In this document: one piece after another, positions 37,581 to 47,121 of the stretch | Layout of the letters: the number at the start of each line of letters is the position of its first letter | Numbering within the stretch: position 1 is the stretch's first letter | Assembly: GCA_964445195.1 (NCBI GenBank) | Contig: CAYUKA010000004.1 | Location: forward strand, 37,134-101,133 | Direction of reading: 5' to 3' | Origin: an uncultured Micavibrio sp. | GTDB taxonomy: Bacteria > Pseudomonadota > Alphaproteobacteria > Micavibrionales > Micavibrionaceae | Length of the DNA: 64,000 nucleotides | The notes under the pieces: model-generated | What the model was told of the DNA's origin: nothing | Database searches by the model: none | The model's input: only the letters and a program-made list of their open reading frames with translations | Position numbers and translations under genes: made by a program

Positions 37581-39062
37581 ATGACACAGTTAACACACCT
37601 GACCATAGCCGAGGCGCTTAAAGGCCTTGAAAACAAGGATTTTACGGCAACCGAGTTAACGCAGGCACATCTGGACGCGATGGCGGCAGCCAAACATTTA
37701 AATGCCTTCATCGTCGAAACGCCTGACATCGCCCTCAAGCAGGCAGAAGAGTCCGATAAGCGCCGCGCTGCCGGTGACGCCGGGCTGCTTGACGGTATCC
37801 CGCTGGCGATCAAGGACCTGTTCTGTACCAGGGGCGTGCAGACAACAGCCTCCAGCCATATTCTGGAAGGCTTCATCCCGCCCTATGAATCAACAGTCAC
37901 CGCGAATTTATTCCGCGACGGCGCTATCATGCTCGGCAAGACAGCGCTTGATGAATTCGCAATGGGGTCTTCAAACACCACCAGCTATTTCGGCAATGTG
38001 ATCAACCCGTGGAAAAAAGCCGACGGCGCTGACCTTGTACCCGGCGGCTCATCCGGCGGTAGCGCCTCTGCCCTGGCCGCACGGCTGTGTATGGGCGCGA
38101 CCGGCACTGACACCGGCGGCTCGATCCGCCAGCCGGCGAGCTTCTGCGGCATTACCGGTATTAAACCCACATACGGGCGCTGCTCACGCTGGGGTATCAT
38201 TGCCTTCGCCAGCTCTCTCGACCAGGCCGGCGCATTCGGCCGCACGGTTGAGGATTCGGCGATCCTGCTCCAATCCATGGCCGGGTTCGATCCAAAGGAC
38301 AGCACCTCCGCGGATAAAGAAGTGCCGAACTGGCCGTCACTGCTGGACGGCGCGGTCAAGGGGCTGAAAGTCGGCATCCCGCAAGAGTACCGCATGGACG
38401 GCATGCCTGCCGAGATTGAAACACTGTGGCAACAGGGAATCGAATGGCTAAAAGCCGAAGGCGCCGAAATTGTCGATGTCAGCCTGCCGCATACCAAATA
38501 CGCCCTGCCGACCTACTATATCATCGCGCCGGCGGAAGCCTCTTCGAACCTCGCGCGTTATGACGGCGTGCGTTACGGCCTGCGGGTCGAAGGCGACGAC
38601 CTTAAAGAGACATACGAGAAAACGCGGGCCGAAGGCTTCGGTGACGAGGTGAAACGCCGTATCATGATCGGTACATACGTTCTGTCCGCCGGGTATTATG
38701 ATGCGTACTACGTCAAGGCGCAGAAAGTCCGCCGCCTGATCCTGCAGGACTTTGAGAAGGCGTACGAACAATGCGACGTCCTGCTGACGCCGACCGCACC
38801 CTCTGCCGCTTTCGCGATTGGCGAAAATGAAGATGACCCGATCAAAATGTATCTCAATGATATCTTCACCGTCCCGGCTTCGCTCGCCGGACTGCCGGGC
38901 ATCTCGGTACCGGCCGGTCTGGATAAGGACGGCCTGCCGCTCGGCCTTCAGATTATCGGCCGGGCATGGGACGAAGAAACAGTCCTGCGCACTGCTTATC
39001 ATATTGAACGCGCAGCGAACTTCACCGCCCTGCCCGCCACATTAGTCAGCAAAGCGGCATAA
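37581..39062 (+). CDS. gatA: Asp/Glu-tRNA amidotransferase subunit A
   Basis: Amidase signature [13 protein letters not shown]...[12 protein letters not shown]. Confidence 0.95.
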   Translation: MTQLTHLTIAEALKGLENKDFTATELTQAHLDAMAAAKHLNAFIVETPDIALKQAEESDKRRAAGDAGLLDGIPLAIKDLFCTRGVQTTASSHILEGFIPPYESTVTANLFRDGAIMLGKTALDEFAMGSSNTTSYFGNVINPWKKADGADLVPGGSSGGSASALAARLCMGATGTDTGGSIRQPASFCGITGIKPTYGRCSRWGIIAFASSLDQAGAFGRTVEDSAILLQSMAGFDPKDSTSADKEVPNWPSLLDGAVKGLKVGIPQEYRMDGMPAEIETLWQQGIEWLKAEGAEIVDVSLPHTKYALPTYYIIAPAEASSNLARYDGVRYGLRVEGDDLKETYEKTRAEGFGDEVKRRIMIGTYVLSAGYYDAYYVKAQKVRRLILQDFEKAYEQCDVLLTPTAPSAAFAIGENEDDPIKMYLNDIFTVPASLAGLPGISVPAGLDKDGLPLGLQIIGRAWDEETVLRTAYHIERAANFTALPATLVSKAA

Positions 39063-39115
39063 TTCATGATCAGCGCCTTTTGGACATCCGGCCTGATTTT
39101 AAGGATAATAGAGAG

Positions 39116-39664
39116 ATGAGATATTTTATCGCGCTAGCGATTCTGATCATGGTTCTGCCCGTCTCCGCTGCCGCGCAGACAGCGATCTCGGAAGAGATGG
39201 CCAACGCCTATTATGAGAATTGCAAAAACCGGCCCGATCCCCGTATGAAACCGGAGACACAGGACGCACTATGTGCTTGTACATCTGTCATGATGATGGA
39301 GCATATGAGCGTCGAGGATGTCCAGACAATGAAGGGAAATGATCAGGCTGGCCGTAACGCGCTGAATAAGATGATGCTTGAAGTGTACGCGCCCTGCATG
39401 AACTACCCGGTTCAGGACCTGGTGGGTTCACAGTGTATGGAGAACCCCCAGATCGCCCGGACTGCCGGCGTTTCAAAGAAAGCACTGTGCGAATGTATGG
39501 CGAAAAAGACAGCCACATGGTTCACCGATGAAGGCCGCGCCCTGATTGCCCGCGTTATCCGGGAAAACCCGAATGTCTACGACCCGATCGGCCCTGTCAT
39601 GGAATCGAGCACGTTCAAATCAAAATCATACAGCCACATGATGGCCTGTATGAGCGGACGATAA
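39116..39664 (+). CDS. exported 8-Cys protein, paralogue A
   Basis: Signal peptide MRYFIALAILIMVLPVSAAA. Cys pattern C, CxC, C, C, CxC, C. Confidence 0.6.
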   Translation: MRYFIALAILIMVLPVSAAAQTAISEEMANAYYENCKNRPDPRMKPETQDALCACTSVMMMEHMSVEDVQTMKGNDQAGRNALNKMMLEVYAPCMNYPVQDLVGSQCMENPQIARTAGVSKKALCECMAKKTATWFTDEGRALIARVIRENPNVYDPIGPVMESSTFKSKSYSHMMACMSGR

Positions 39665-39671
39665 ACCGACA

Positions 39672-40334
39672 ATGCGCATTGAAAGAATAACCCTTCTTCT
39701 TCTGGCCTTTATCAGCACGGCGATGATTTTCTCTTCTTACGCCGCTGCACAATCTTTGTTCGACAACAGTGAGTCGCTAGCGCAAAGTGCCGAAACGCAG
39801 GCGGCAGAGTTTTTCAATGGTTGCGTGAAAGCGCCGGTTATCCCGACCTATGAAGAGACGGATCTGGCTTTTTGCGCCTGTGCTGCAGCCAATATGCAGG
39901 TCTGGCTCGAAACACCACTGACACAAAGGACCGACCGTGAATTTTTTGAAAGCATAAACGTCAGAGAGCTTGATGCAGAGACGTATCTTACGAAAATATA
40001 CGGGCCGTGCCTGCATATACCTGTCTATGACCTGCGTTATGATGAATGTATGACCGACCGGACCGACCTGCGTTTTACGCGGCACCCGCGCTTTTTCAAG
40101 GCGATGTGTACTTGTATGGCCGAAGGCGACTCGGACTATTTCAAAGAATTCGCAGCGCCGTTCCTTGAAATGAAATTCGCTGAAGGCGACGGCGATAAGA
40201 TTACCGATCCGATCCGTGAGGTCCGAAACGATATAAACTATCACTCAGCCTTTCACCGTATTGATCAACGATGCTATAGACGGTATGCAAATAAGTTAAG
40301 CGAACATATGAAACAGCAACGAGACAGACGATAA
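39672..40334 (+). CDS. exported 8-Cys protein, paralogue B
   Basis: Signal peptide MRIERITLLLLAFISTAMIFSSYAAA. It has the same ordered Cys pattern, and YGPCLHIPVYDL matches YAPCMNYPVQDL in paralogue A. Confidence 0.6.
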   Translation: MRIERITLLLLAFISTAMIFSSYAAAQSLFDNSESLAQSAETQAAEFFNGCVKAPVIPTYEETDLAFCACAAANMQVWLETPLTQRTDREFFESINVRELDAETYLTKIYGPCLHIPVYDLRYDECMTDRTDLRFTRHPRFFKAMCTCMAEGDSDYFKEFAAPFLEMKFAEGDGDKITDPIREVRNDINYHSAFHRIDQRCYRRYANKLSEHMKQQRDRR

Positions 40335-40354
40335 CAAAACAGGACTGATAAACG

Positions 40355-41806
40355 ATGGCGCAGCTTTTACAAGGCGAGACCGGTGAATGGGAAATAGTGA
40401 TCGGCATGGAAGTCCATGCCCAGGTCATTGCGCACTCAAAATTGTTTTCCGGTGCGTCGACAGCGTTTGGCGCTGAACCGAACAGCCAGGTCAGCCTGGT
40501 GGACGCCGCAATGCCGGGTATGCTGCCGGTCCTGAACGACCATGTCGTTGAACAGGCCGTGCGCACTGGCCTCGGTCTGAATGCCAGGATCAATAACGTG
40601 TCGGTGTTTGAGCGTAAAAACTATTTCTATCCCGACCTGCCGCAAGGGTATCAGATTTCGCAATACGCCCACCCGATTGTCGGCGAAGGCGAAATTGAGA
40701 TTGACCTTGAAGATGGCACCGCCAAGAATATCGGCATCACGCGCCTGCACCTGGAGCAGGACGCCGGCAAGTCCCTGCACGACCAGCATCCGTCAAAAAG
40801 TTTCGTTGACCTTAACCGTTCCGGCTGTGCGCTGATGGAAATCGTCTCGGAGCCGGATATCCGCGGTCCGGAAGAGGCCGCAGCCTATCTGTCAAAGCTG
40901 CGCATGATACTGCGTTATCTCGGCACCTGCGACGGCAACATGGAAGAAGGCTCGATGCGCGCCGATGTGAATATCTCTGTGCGTAAACCGGGGGATGAGT
41001 ACGGCACGCGCTGCGAAGTCAAGAACGTCAACTCGGTCAAAGCCGTGCAACAGGCGATTGAATACGAGGCCCGCCGCCAGATCGAACTGATCGAAGACGG
41101 CGGCACGGTTGATCAGGAAACCCGGCTCTGGGACCCGGCCAAGATGGAGACCCGCTCCATGCGCTCCAAGGAAGAAGCGCACGACTACCGCTATTTCCCC
41201 GACCCGGACCTGCTGCCGCTGGAGGTCGCGAATGACCGGATCGAAGATATCCGCAAAACCCTGCCCGAACTGCCGGATGAGAAAAAGCACCGCTTTATGG
41301 ATGAATACGGGCTGGGACTTTACGACGCTTCGGTCCTGATTGCCGAACGCGCCCGCGCCGATTATTTTGAAACCGTTGCCAGCGGCCGCGATGCTAAAAC
41401 CGCCGCCAACTGGGTGGTTAACGAACTGCTGGGCATCCTGAACAAGAACGGCAAACCTCTTTCGGAGAGCCCGATCGCTGCCGGGCAACTCGGCGGATTG
41501 ATCGCGCTGATAGAAGACAACACGATTTCCGGCAAAATCGCCAAGGACGTCTTCGCCGAGATGTATGAAACCGGTAAAGACGCCGCCGCGATTGTCGAGG
41601 AGAAGGGCCTGAAGCAGGTCACCGACACCGGCGCGATCGAGGCGCTTGTCGATGAGGTCATTGCCGAAAATCCGGACAATGTCGCAGCCTATAAAGGCGG
41701 CAAGGACAAGCTGTTCGGCTTTTTCGTCGGCCAGGTGATGAAGAAATCACAAGGCAAAGCCAACCCGGCGGTCGTCAACGACCTGCTGAAACAAAAGCTG
41801 TCATGA
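40355..41806 (+). CDS. gatB: Asp/Glu-tRNA amidotransferase subunit B
   Basis: [38 protein letters not shown], and a C-terminal YqeY-like tail. Confidence 0.95.
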   Translation: MAQLLQGETGEWEIVIGMEVHAQVIAHSKLFSGASTAFGAEPNSQVSLVDAAMPGMLPVLNDHVVEQAVRTGLGLNARINNVSVFERKNYFYPDLPQGYQISQYAHPIVGEGEIEIDLEDGTAKNIGITRLHLEQDAGKSLHDQHPSKSFVDLNRSGCALMEIVSEPDIRGPEEAAAYLSKLRMILRYLGTCDGNMEEGSMRADVNISVRKPGDEYGTRCEVKNVNSVKAVQQAIEYEARRQIELIEDGGTVDQETRLWDPAKMETRSMRSKEEAHDYRYFPDPDLLPLEVANDRIEDIRKTLPELPDEKKHRFMDEYGLGLYDASVLIAERARADYFETVASGRDAKTAANWVVNELLGILNKNGKPLSESPIAAGQLGGLIALIEDNTISGKIAKDVFAEMYETGKDAAAIVEEKGLKQVTDTGAIEALVDEVIAENPDNVAAYKGGKDKLFGFFVGQVMKKSQGKANPAVVNDLLKQKLS

Positions 41807-42568
41807 CGGCACAGGCCCGTAGGTCTGTTTGTATTCATCCGGCTGGATACCGTATACGTCCTGCGGGCCGCTATAGACGAGTACCCCGCCGGTCCGGATG
41901 AGCATCTCTTCGCCCCACGGCGCGGTAAAGGCAACATTCTCGCCCACAGTAACGACTTTGCGCGGATCGGGCCTGGGCTGGAACATCCCCTGCTCTCCCG
42001 CAGGCTCATAGATCGACTCGAATTTGGCTATATCGACCAGATACTGCTCTCCGGTCGGGTTGGTAACCTTATAGCCGCCATCTGGCCCGGCGGTCTTGGA
42101 TGTCTCGACATGACCGTCAGCCATGATGGTTTCAACCTTAGTGCCCGGCGGCACCTTTTCAGCCTTCACTTTCGCCGTTTTCTGAGCCAGAAAATACTCT
42201 GTCCAGTCCACATCACCGGCGGGCTGAATAACCCTGAACTTTTCACCGTCAGATGTGACAGAATAAAGATGGTCAGCAAGATCCGGCGGCGGGTCCATCG
42301 GTGTGCCGCGCACGCCTTTTTGCACATCTGCAATGGCCTCACCGGCGATACTGTACTCAAGATACGTGTCTTCATCACCTGCTGCCAGAGCCGCCTGCTC
42401 ACGATCATGAATCTGTTCAAGCGAGAGTAACTCATAATATCGGGAATATGCTGAATCTTCTTCCATTGGGCCTGCCCCTGCCGAGGCGTGAAACATGACT
42501 ACGAACGCAGCCAGCCAGGCATGTTTTGCAGGATCGAAACGGAATCCGACATTATGGATCAGTGACAT
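41801..42568 (-). CDS. hypothetical exported protein (255 aa)
   Basis: GGGAG SD and a hydrophobic N-terminus. The C-terminal half has two loosely similar beta-rich segments ([15 protein letters not shown] / [15 protein letters not shown]). Its stop overlaps the gatB stop (tcatga). Confidence 0.55.
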   Translation of the reverse strand: MSLIHNVGFRFDPAKHAWLAAFVVMFHASAGAGPMEEDSAYSRYYELLSLEQIHDREQAALAAGDEDTYLEYSIAGEAIADVQKGVRGTPMDPPPDLADHLYSVTSDGEKFRVIQPAGDVDWTEYFLAQKTAKVKAEKVPPGTKVETIMADGHVETSKTAGPDGGYKVTNPTGEQYLVDIAKFESIYEPAGEQGMFQPRPDPRKVVTVGENVAFTAPWGEEMLIRTGGVLVYSGPQDVYGIQPDEYKQTYGPVPS

Positions 42569-42741
42569 TTTTTACTCCCTTATCTTGATAGTTAATTTTT
42601 TAATAAATAGACCTTATCATTTTTCGTAACAGAAAATCAAGCATATTAATGTCTCTCTTCCATGTTTTATTGACATATCAATCTCCTCCCTCTAAAACCG
42701 TGACATATTCATGCCATTTCCAGTGAGAGAGGATTGCATAT

Positions 42742-44796
42742 ATGCCTGAGCTTCAAATTCCCCTGACACCCGATTTACGTGCCGCACTGAAAATTCATCT
42801 GGACAGCCCTGCCATTGATGAGACTCTGGCGCAGGCCACGAAAACTATGCGCGCACTGGTGGATACGAACAATGGCGCCCTCATGAAACGGGCAAAAAAG
42901 AGAAGTAATTTTCATGAAATCAGCGCCTCACTGAACGAGACTATGGCCGGCAAAATCCAGTATATCATTGAAGCCGCCTATGCGATGCAGCTGGCTTTGT
43001 TGGAAACAGCAATCAAAAACACTGTATTCACTGGTGACTTCGGCCAAAAACTGGACGCCGGTCAGCAAAAGAAAAAACGTGACCGCTTTTTAGAAAAGCT
43101 TTTCGAAGATCGTTTTGAGAACCAGGATTTCAAAAACCGGTTTAATACAGAGACCCATCGCCATTCGGTGAAAGATATAGAAAAGATTGCCGCCACACTG
43201 GCAGAGTCAGGCTTTGACCCCGAAACAATGGGCGTAAGCTGCTGCCGTACTTCAGAATATCGCGATTACGAGACACTTGCTGCGGCAGCAGATGGCGAAA
43301 AAATCAAGGCATGGGGCCTTCATTATGGCGCAGATATGCTAATCCAGCTGCAACGCGCCACCCGGTTTCTTGCCATAATTGATCCGGCGCAAATCCTGCC
43401 GAAAAACACACCCCCGGAAGCCGCTGCAAGCTATGGCGTTTTGAAGGCAACAGCACTGCAACTGGTCGACGCCTTTGGCATGACTGACAATGCCGAAGAC
43501 TGGTCATTCCTCCAGGCGATCACGACGGCTGAAGATGATATCCGGACCGAAGACCTATACCGTCAATATGTTCTGCAACCAGAAAACAAGAACCCGCTGA
43601 ACGGTGAAGACTACGAATATTTCAAACCGGGCGCAAGCTGGGCCGGTGACGTCTTATCTTACCGCGCCGCGGCGTTAAAACTCTCACAAATCGAACGTGG
43701 GGAGATTGACGGCGATATTGAAACCGCCAAAGCCGAAGTCGAAACGCTGCGCGCGGCAATCGAACCACTTTTCGACGAAATGGCTGCCGCTGAAACCATC
43801 CGCAACCAGCTTTATGACGGTAACGATAAAGTGACCTTGTCTTATCCAATAGAGACAGAGGAAGCTATTCGCAATATCGAAAGAATAGCGCCTGATCTCC
43901 AAAAGACCTGTTATTATAACTATCTCGTCCGCACACTCGGGACTTACACGAAGAACGAAGGAACATTAGCGCTATTATTTGGCAATGTGGCCGAGATCAC
44001 GGGGGAGATCGCAGCAGAGCTGGGGCTCGACCTGAGTGAGGCCCGGACAGATGGCACCGCCAAAGTGATCGTCATCAATGATCAAACTTCATATGCCATG
44101 GACGACCGCATCGGTAGAATTGAGTCATACCTGATGGCGCACGGCTGGGACAGCCAGCTACCAGCCAACTTCCCGAAAGCCATTGTCTTGAATACAACAG
44201 ATGAAAACGACTACGGCGCAAAGGCCGTATTCTCGTTTTATAACGGCAACGAGAAATACGAGCCGGCGACAACCCCGCGTTTGCTCACAGAAGATATTGA
44301 TCACCGTATTGCCGTCGCAGGGAGAATCTGTAGTTATCTTCGTGAAGTCAGCAAACACATGACCGGCTTGCAGGCGGATGATCTCACTCCTCTGCGTGAA
44401 GGCTTTGGCACAAATGGCCTGATCGGCAGACTCGATGGCTTGTTACAGAGTTTAAAAACCGGGTTTGGCGAACGCCTTTGCCCGCAACATACTGGCGAAC
44501 GCCTTCACCCACAACATAGAAGCACAATCAGTTTTCGCCTTAATATCAACCTGACGCTGGAAGCGGCCCGCGCCTTCCTGACTGAGCTTCAGGAAACCGA
44601 GGGCGTTGAAGCCGTTGTGCGGCGCCCGGACAATAGCTACCTGGTTGAGGTCACCGAACAAACGGATGCCATGCATATCTTTATTACTTCTGTTTCCGGC
44701 CGTTCTCAGGTAGAATCATCCGCTATAACGCCAGCGAGCAATCACGAGATCCGCGCAAAAAATGCAGCAGAATTAGGATGTACATATAGGCCATGA
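42742..44796 (+). CDS. large hypothetical protein (684 aa)
   Basis: Long ORF after an AT-rich promoter region. No motif recognised. It contains a 27-bp in-frame tandem duplication. Confidence 0.6.
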   Translation: MPELQIPLTPDLRAALKIHLDSPAIDETLAQATKTMRALVDTNNGALMKRAKKRSNFHEISASLNETMAGKIQYIIEAAYAMQLALLETAIKNTVFTGDFGQKLDAGQQKKKRDRFLEKLFEDRFENQDFKNRFNTETHRHSVKDIEKIAATLAESGFDPETMGVSCCRTSEYRDYETLAAAADGEKIKAWGLHYGADMLIQLQRATRFLAIIDPAQILPKNTPPEAAASYGVLKATALQLVDAFGMTDNAEDWSFLQAITTAEDDIRTEDLYRQYVLQPENKNPLNGEDYEYFKPGASWAGDVLSYRAAALKLSQIERGEIDGDIETAKAEVETLRAAIEPLFDEMAAAETIRNQLYDGNDKVTLSYPIETEEAIRNIERIAPDLQKTCYYNYLVRTLGTYTKNEGTLALLFGNVAEITGEIAAELGLDLSEARTDGTAKVIVINDQTSYAMDDRIGRIESYLMAHGWDSQLPANFPKAIVLNTTDENDYGAKAVFSFYNGNEKYEPATTPRLLTEDIDHRIAVAGRICSYLREVSKHMTGLQADDLTPLREGFGTNGLIGRLDGLLQSLKTGFGERLCPQHTGERLHPQHRSTISFRLNINLTLEAARAFLTELQETEGVEAVVRRPDNSYLVEVTEQTDAMHIFITSVSGRSQVESSAITPASNHEIRAKNAAELGCTYRP
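44467..44520 (+). repeat. 27-bp tandem duplication (2 copies) inside the 684-aa gene
   Basis: ggcgaacgcctttgcccgcaacatact / ggcgaacgccttcacccacaacataga encode GERLCPQHT / GERLHPQHR. Confidence 0.8.
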
Positions 44797-45017
44797 CGCA
44801 GAAATACGAATATAAAGTCACGCTTTACCGTGAACCGCTGCTTGGCTCTATCTTTCTCGGCGGCTCGCGTGTTGACCCGAAGCGTTATACGGAATTCCTG
44901 AATAAGAACGCTGAAGAGGGCTGGAAGGTCGTGACTATGGACCGGGAAAGCCGCCGTGAGTTACTGTTTTTCAAACGCGAGGCCTTTATAACGATCCTTG
45001 AACGCGAGATCGGGTAA
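44793..45017 (+). CDS. DUF4177-like small protein
   Basis: YEYKV........LNKNAEEGWKVV......LFFKRE pattern. Its ATGA overlaps the upstream stop. Confidence 0.6.
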   Translation: MTQKYEYKVTLYREPLLGSIFLGGSRVDPKRYTEFLNKNAEEGWKVVTMDRESRRELLFFKREAFITILEREIG

Positions 45018-45024
45018 CGCCGCG

Positions 45025-45429
45025 ATGCTGAAGGGCAAAATCCTCTTTTCATCACTGATCCTGATGGGTGGCCTCGCCGCCATTCTCGGCCTCGGGCAGC
45101 TTTGGCTCAACCTCATGCCGTGGGTGGAGTTCACTAAAACCATGGCGACGATCGTCATTCTCGGTACGCTGGTCTCATTTATTATTGCCGTCGACTATGA
45201 TTTACCGGGTACCAAGGGCAAGGCCCTGCTGGCCATCATGGCGGTGCTATTAGTGACTCTCACCGCCCTGGTGCTGGTCCAGATATGTTGGCTGGCCTTT
45301 GATACGGCACTATTTATAAAGCTGGTAGCCACTGTCGGTATCTTATTGGGCCTTGTGTCTTTTATTATGGCCGTGTCGGAAGATTTCGGCGGCAACAAAG
45401 CCCTGCGCGACGAAAACTATATCGACTAA
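45025..45429 (+). CDS. small integral membrane protein (about 4 TM)
   Basis: ATG 45025 lies 8 nt after the DUF4177 stop. The protein is hydrophobic throughout. Confidence 0.55.
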   Translation: MLKGKILFSSLILMGGLAAILGLGQLWLNLMPWVEFTKTMATIVILGTLVSFIIAVDYDLPGTKGKALLAIMAVLLVTLTALVLVQICWLAFDTALFIKLVATVGILLGLVSFIMAVSEDFGGNKALRDENYID

Positions 45430-45519
45430 AAAAACGGTGCCCCCCCTTTCCCGCTTCAGGTAAATACCGTTACAATAGCTGTTCATAATTGTTCCGATTC
45501 ACAAGAAAGAACATCCGAC

Positions 45520-46746
45520 ATGGCCATGGAAAATCTGGGATTAAATAAGGGCGAAGAAATCCTGCTCGATATCGGGGATAGCGCCCGGCGCCGCATTGTC
45601 TGCGGCCTGTGCTGGGACCCGATGAGCGGTGAGGCTGTACCCGTTGATAAAACCACTTCACAGCGCACCGGGGCAACCGATGTCTTCGATCTTGACCTGT
45701 TATGCCTGGTGTATGACAAATACGGCCGGTTCATGGCTGCCGTTACCGGCGATGAGGGTCATCGCACAGGTGACTCAGGCAATATCTATCACACGGGTGA
45801 TGTTGTTGACGGCGAAGATACGCTTGATGACGAGCAAATCTCGCTGGAACTGTTCAACCTGTCCAGCAAGATCGACCAGATCATCTTTATTGCCGAGGTC
45901 CAAAGCCAGCATGACTTTAAAGGCGTGGCCAATCCCGAGATCCGCATTGCCAATGCAATTGACGACCGTAACATGGCCCATGCCGATTTAAGCCAGGCTG
46001 ACGAAGGCGAAGACTCTTACGTCTTTGGCCGCCTGTTTCGCGGGCCTAAAGGCTGGATGTTCGAGTTCATTGGCGATTATTTCAACTCTGATGATATTCA
46101 GGACTGGACTGAAAGCGCGGCGCGCTATGTGAAAAAAGCCGCTCCGGTTGCCTCGGCCGGCGGCAGCACGGGTATGTCGATCCCGTCCAAGGGCGAAACC
46201 GTGCCCCTCTTCTACAGCCGTCAGGCGCGCCATCGCGTTATTGTCGGTCTGAACTGGGACCCCGCCGAAGATCCCGCCGCCGAGAGCGTTGACATGGACC
46301 TCGCCTGCGTCATCTATAACGAGGCAAAGGAGCCGATTGACGGCGTCTCCGCCAAGCCGGAAGAAGCAATCGATGAATCCGGGCGTATCTATCACTCCGG
46401 CGACGATACGGGCGGTGAAGGCGACAAGACGGATGATGAGGCTATATCTGTTGAACTCAAGGATATGCCCGACCACATCCATCATATCGTTTTTCTTGCC
46501 GAAATTCAGAGCAACCATGTTTTCAAAACAATCCTAAACCCAACCTTGCGCGTCGCCGACGCCAAAACCCATGACGAACAACTTCTGGTCTCTATGGACG
46601 GACCGGACGCCGCCAGCAAGACGGCCTGCATCTTCGCGCGCATCTCCCGCCGCGGCGAAGCGTGGACATTGACCAACATCAATGAATATGTGAAAGGTGA
46701 AGCCGTCGAGGACTGGATCGGCTTTCTTCAGCGCTATGTCGGATAG
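45520..46746 (+). CDS. tandem TerD-domain protein (two TerD/CAP-like Ca-binding domains)
   Basis: Each half carries DLD(L/A)xC(L/V)..., IYH(T/S)GD..G(E)..DDE.IS(L/V)EL and I(I/V)F(I/L)AE(V/I)QS blocks, which are typical of the TerD family. Confidence 0.8.
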   Translation: MAMENLGLNKGEEILLDIGDSARRRIVCGLCWDPMSGEAVPVDKTTSQRTGATDVFDLDLLCLVYDKYGRFMAAVTGDEGHRTGDSGNIYHTGDVVDGEDTLDDEQISLELFNLSSKIDQIIFIAEVQSQHDFKGVANPEIRIANAIDDRNMAHADLSQADEGEDSYVFGRLFRGPKGWMFEFIGDYFNSDDIQDWTESAARYVKKAAPVASAGGSTGMSIPSKGETVPLFYSRQARHRVIVGLNWDPAEDPAAESVDMDLACVIYNEAKEPIDGVSAKPEEAIDESGRIYHSGDDTGGEGDKTDDEAISVELKDMPDHIHHIVFLAEIQSNHVFKTILNPTLRVADAKTHDEQLLVSMDGPDAASKTACIFARISRRGEAWTLTNINEYVKGEAVEDWIGFLQRYVG

Positions 46747-46878
46747 TCTTGCCTTGGTTCATTTCGGTTGACCTGCCCGCCGTTACCCGCTAACTGTAAA
46801 CGGTTCTTAGGCACGTGGCCCTGATGGCGCAAGCCGTCAATCGTTTGAAACGAACGAGGCCCGTGGACGAGCAAGCGA

Positions 46879-46971
46879 GGACACGTGGCCGAGCGGCTGA
46901 AGGCGCTCCCCTGCTAAGGGAGTATGGGGTTCATAGCCTCATCGAGGGTTCGAATCCCTCCGTGTCCGCCA
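46879..46971 (+). tRNA. tRNA-Ser (anticodon GCU), class II with a long variable arm and encoded CCA
   Basis: Acceptor GGACACG/CGTGTCC, D-arm GCC..GGC, anticodon stem CTCCC/GGGAG with loop CTGCTAA, T-arm GAGGG-TTCGAAT-CCCTC, and a G-CCA end. Confidence 0.93.
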
Positions 46972-47121
46972 TTTCTTAGCAAGACATCCTTATTATCAAA
47001 TCAAATACCTACCTAAAGGATTCATAAGGTGACCTTCGCCCGGGTATGGCAACAGCTCCATGATACAGATAAATTCAGTCTCCCGGTTTACGGCGAACTG
47101 AAGGATTCAGGCAGGTTCTGA

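Noticed and set aside
46810-46820. Possible tRNA 5' fragment or att-site remnant (ggcacgtggcc) about 60 nt upstream of tRNA-Ser, which starts ggacacgtggcc
   Set aside because: The exact identity is only 9 nt (cacgtggcc), and the similarity decays immediately afterwards. Island integration duplicates the 3' end of a tRNA, not the 5' end. This is too weak to call.
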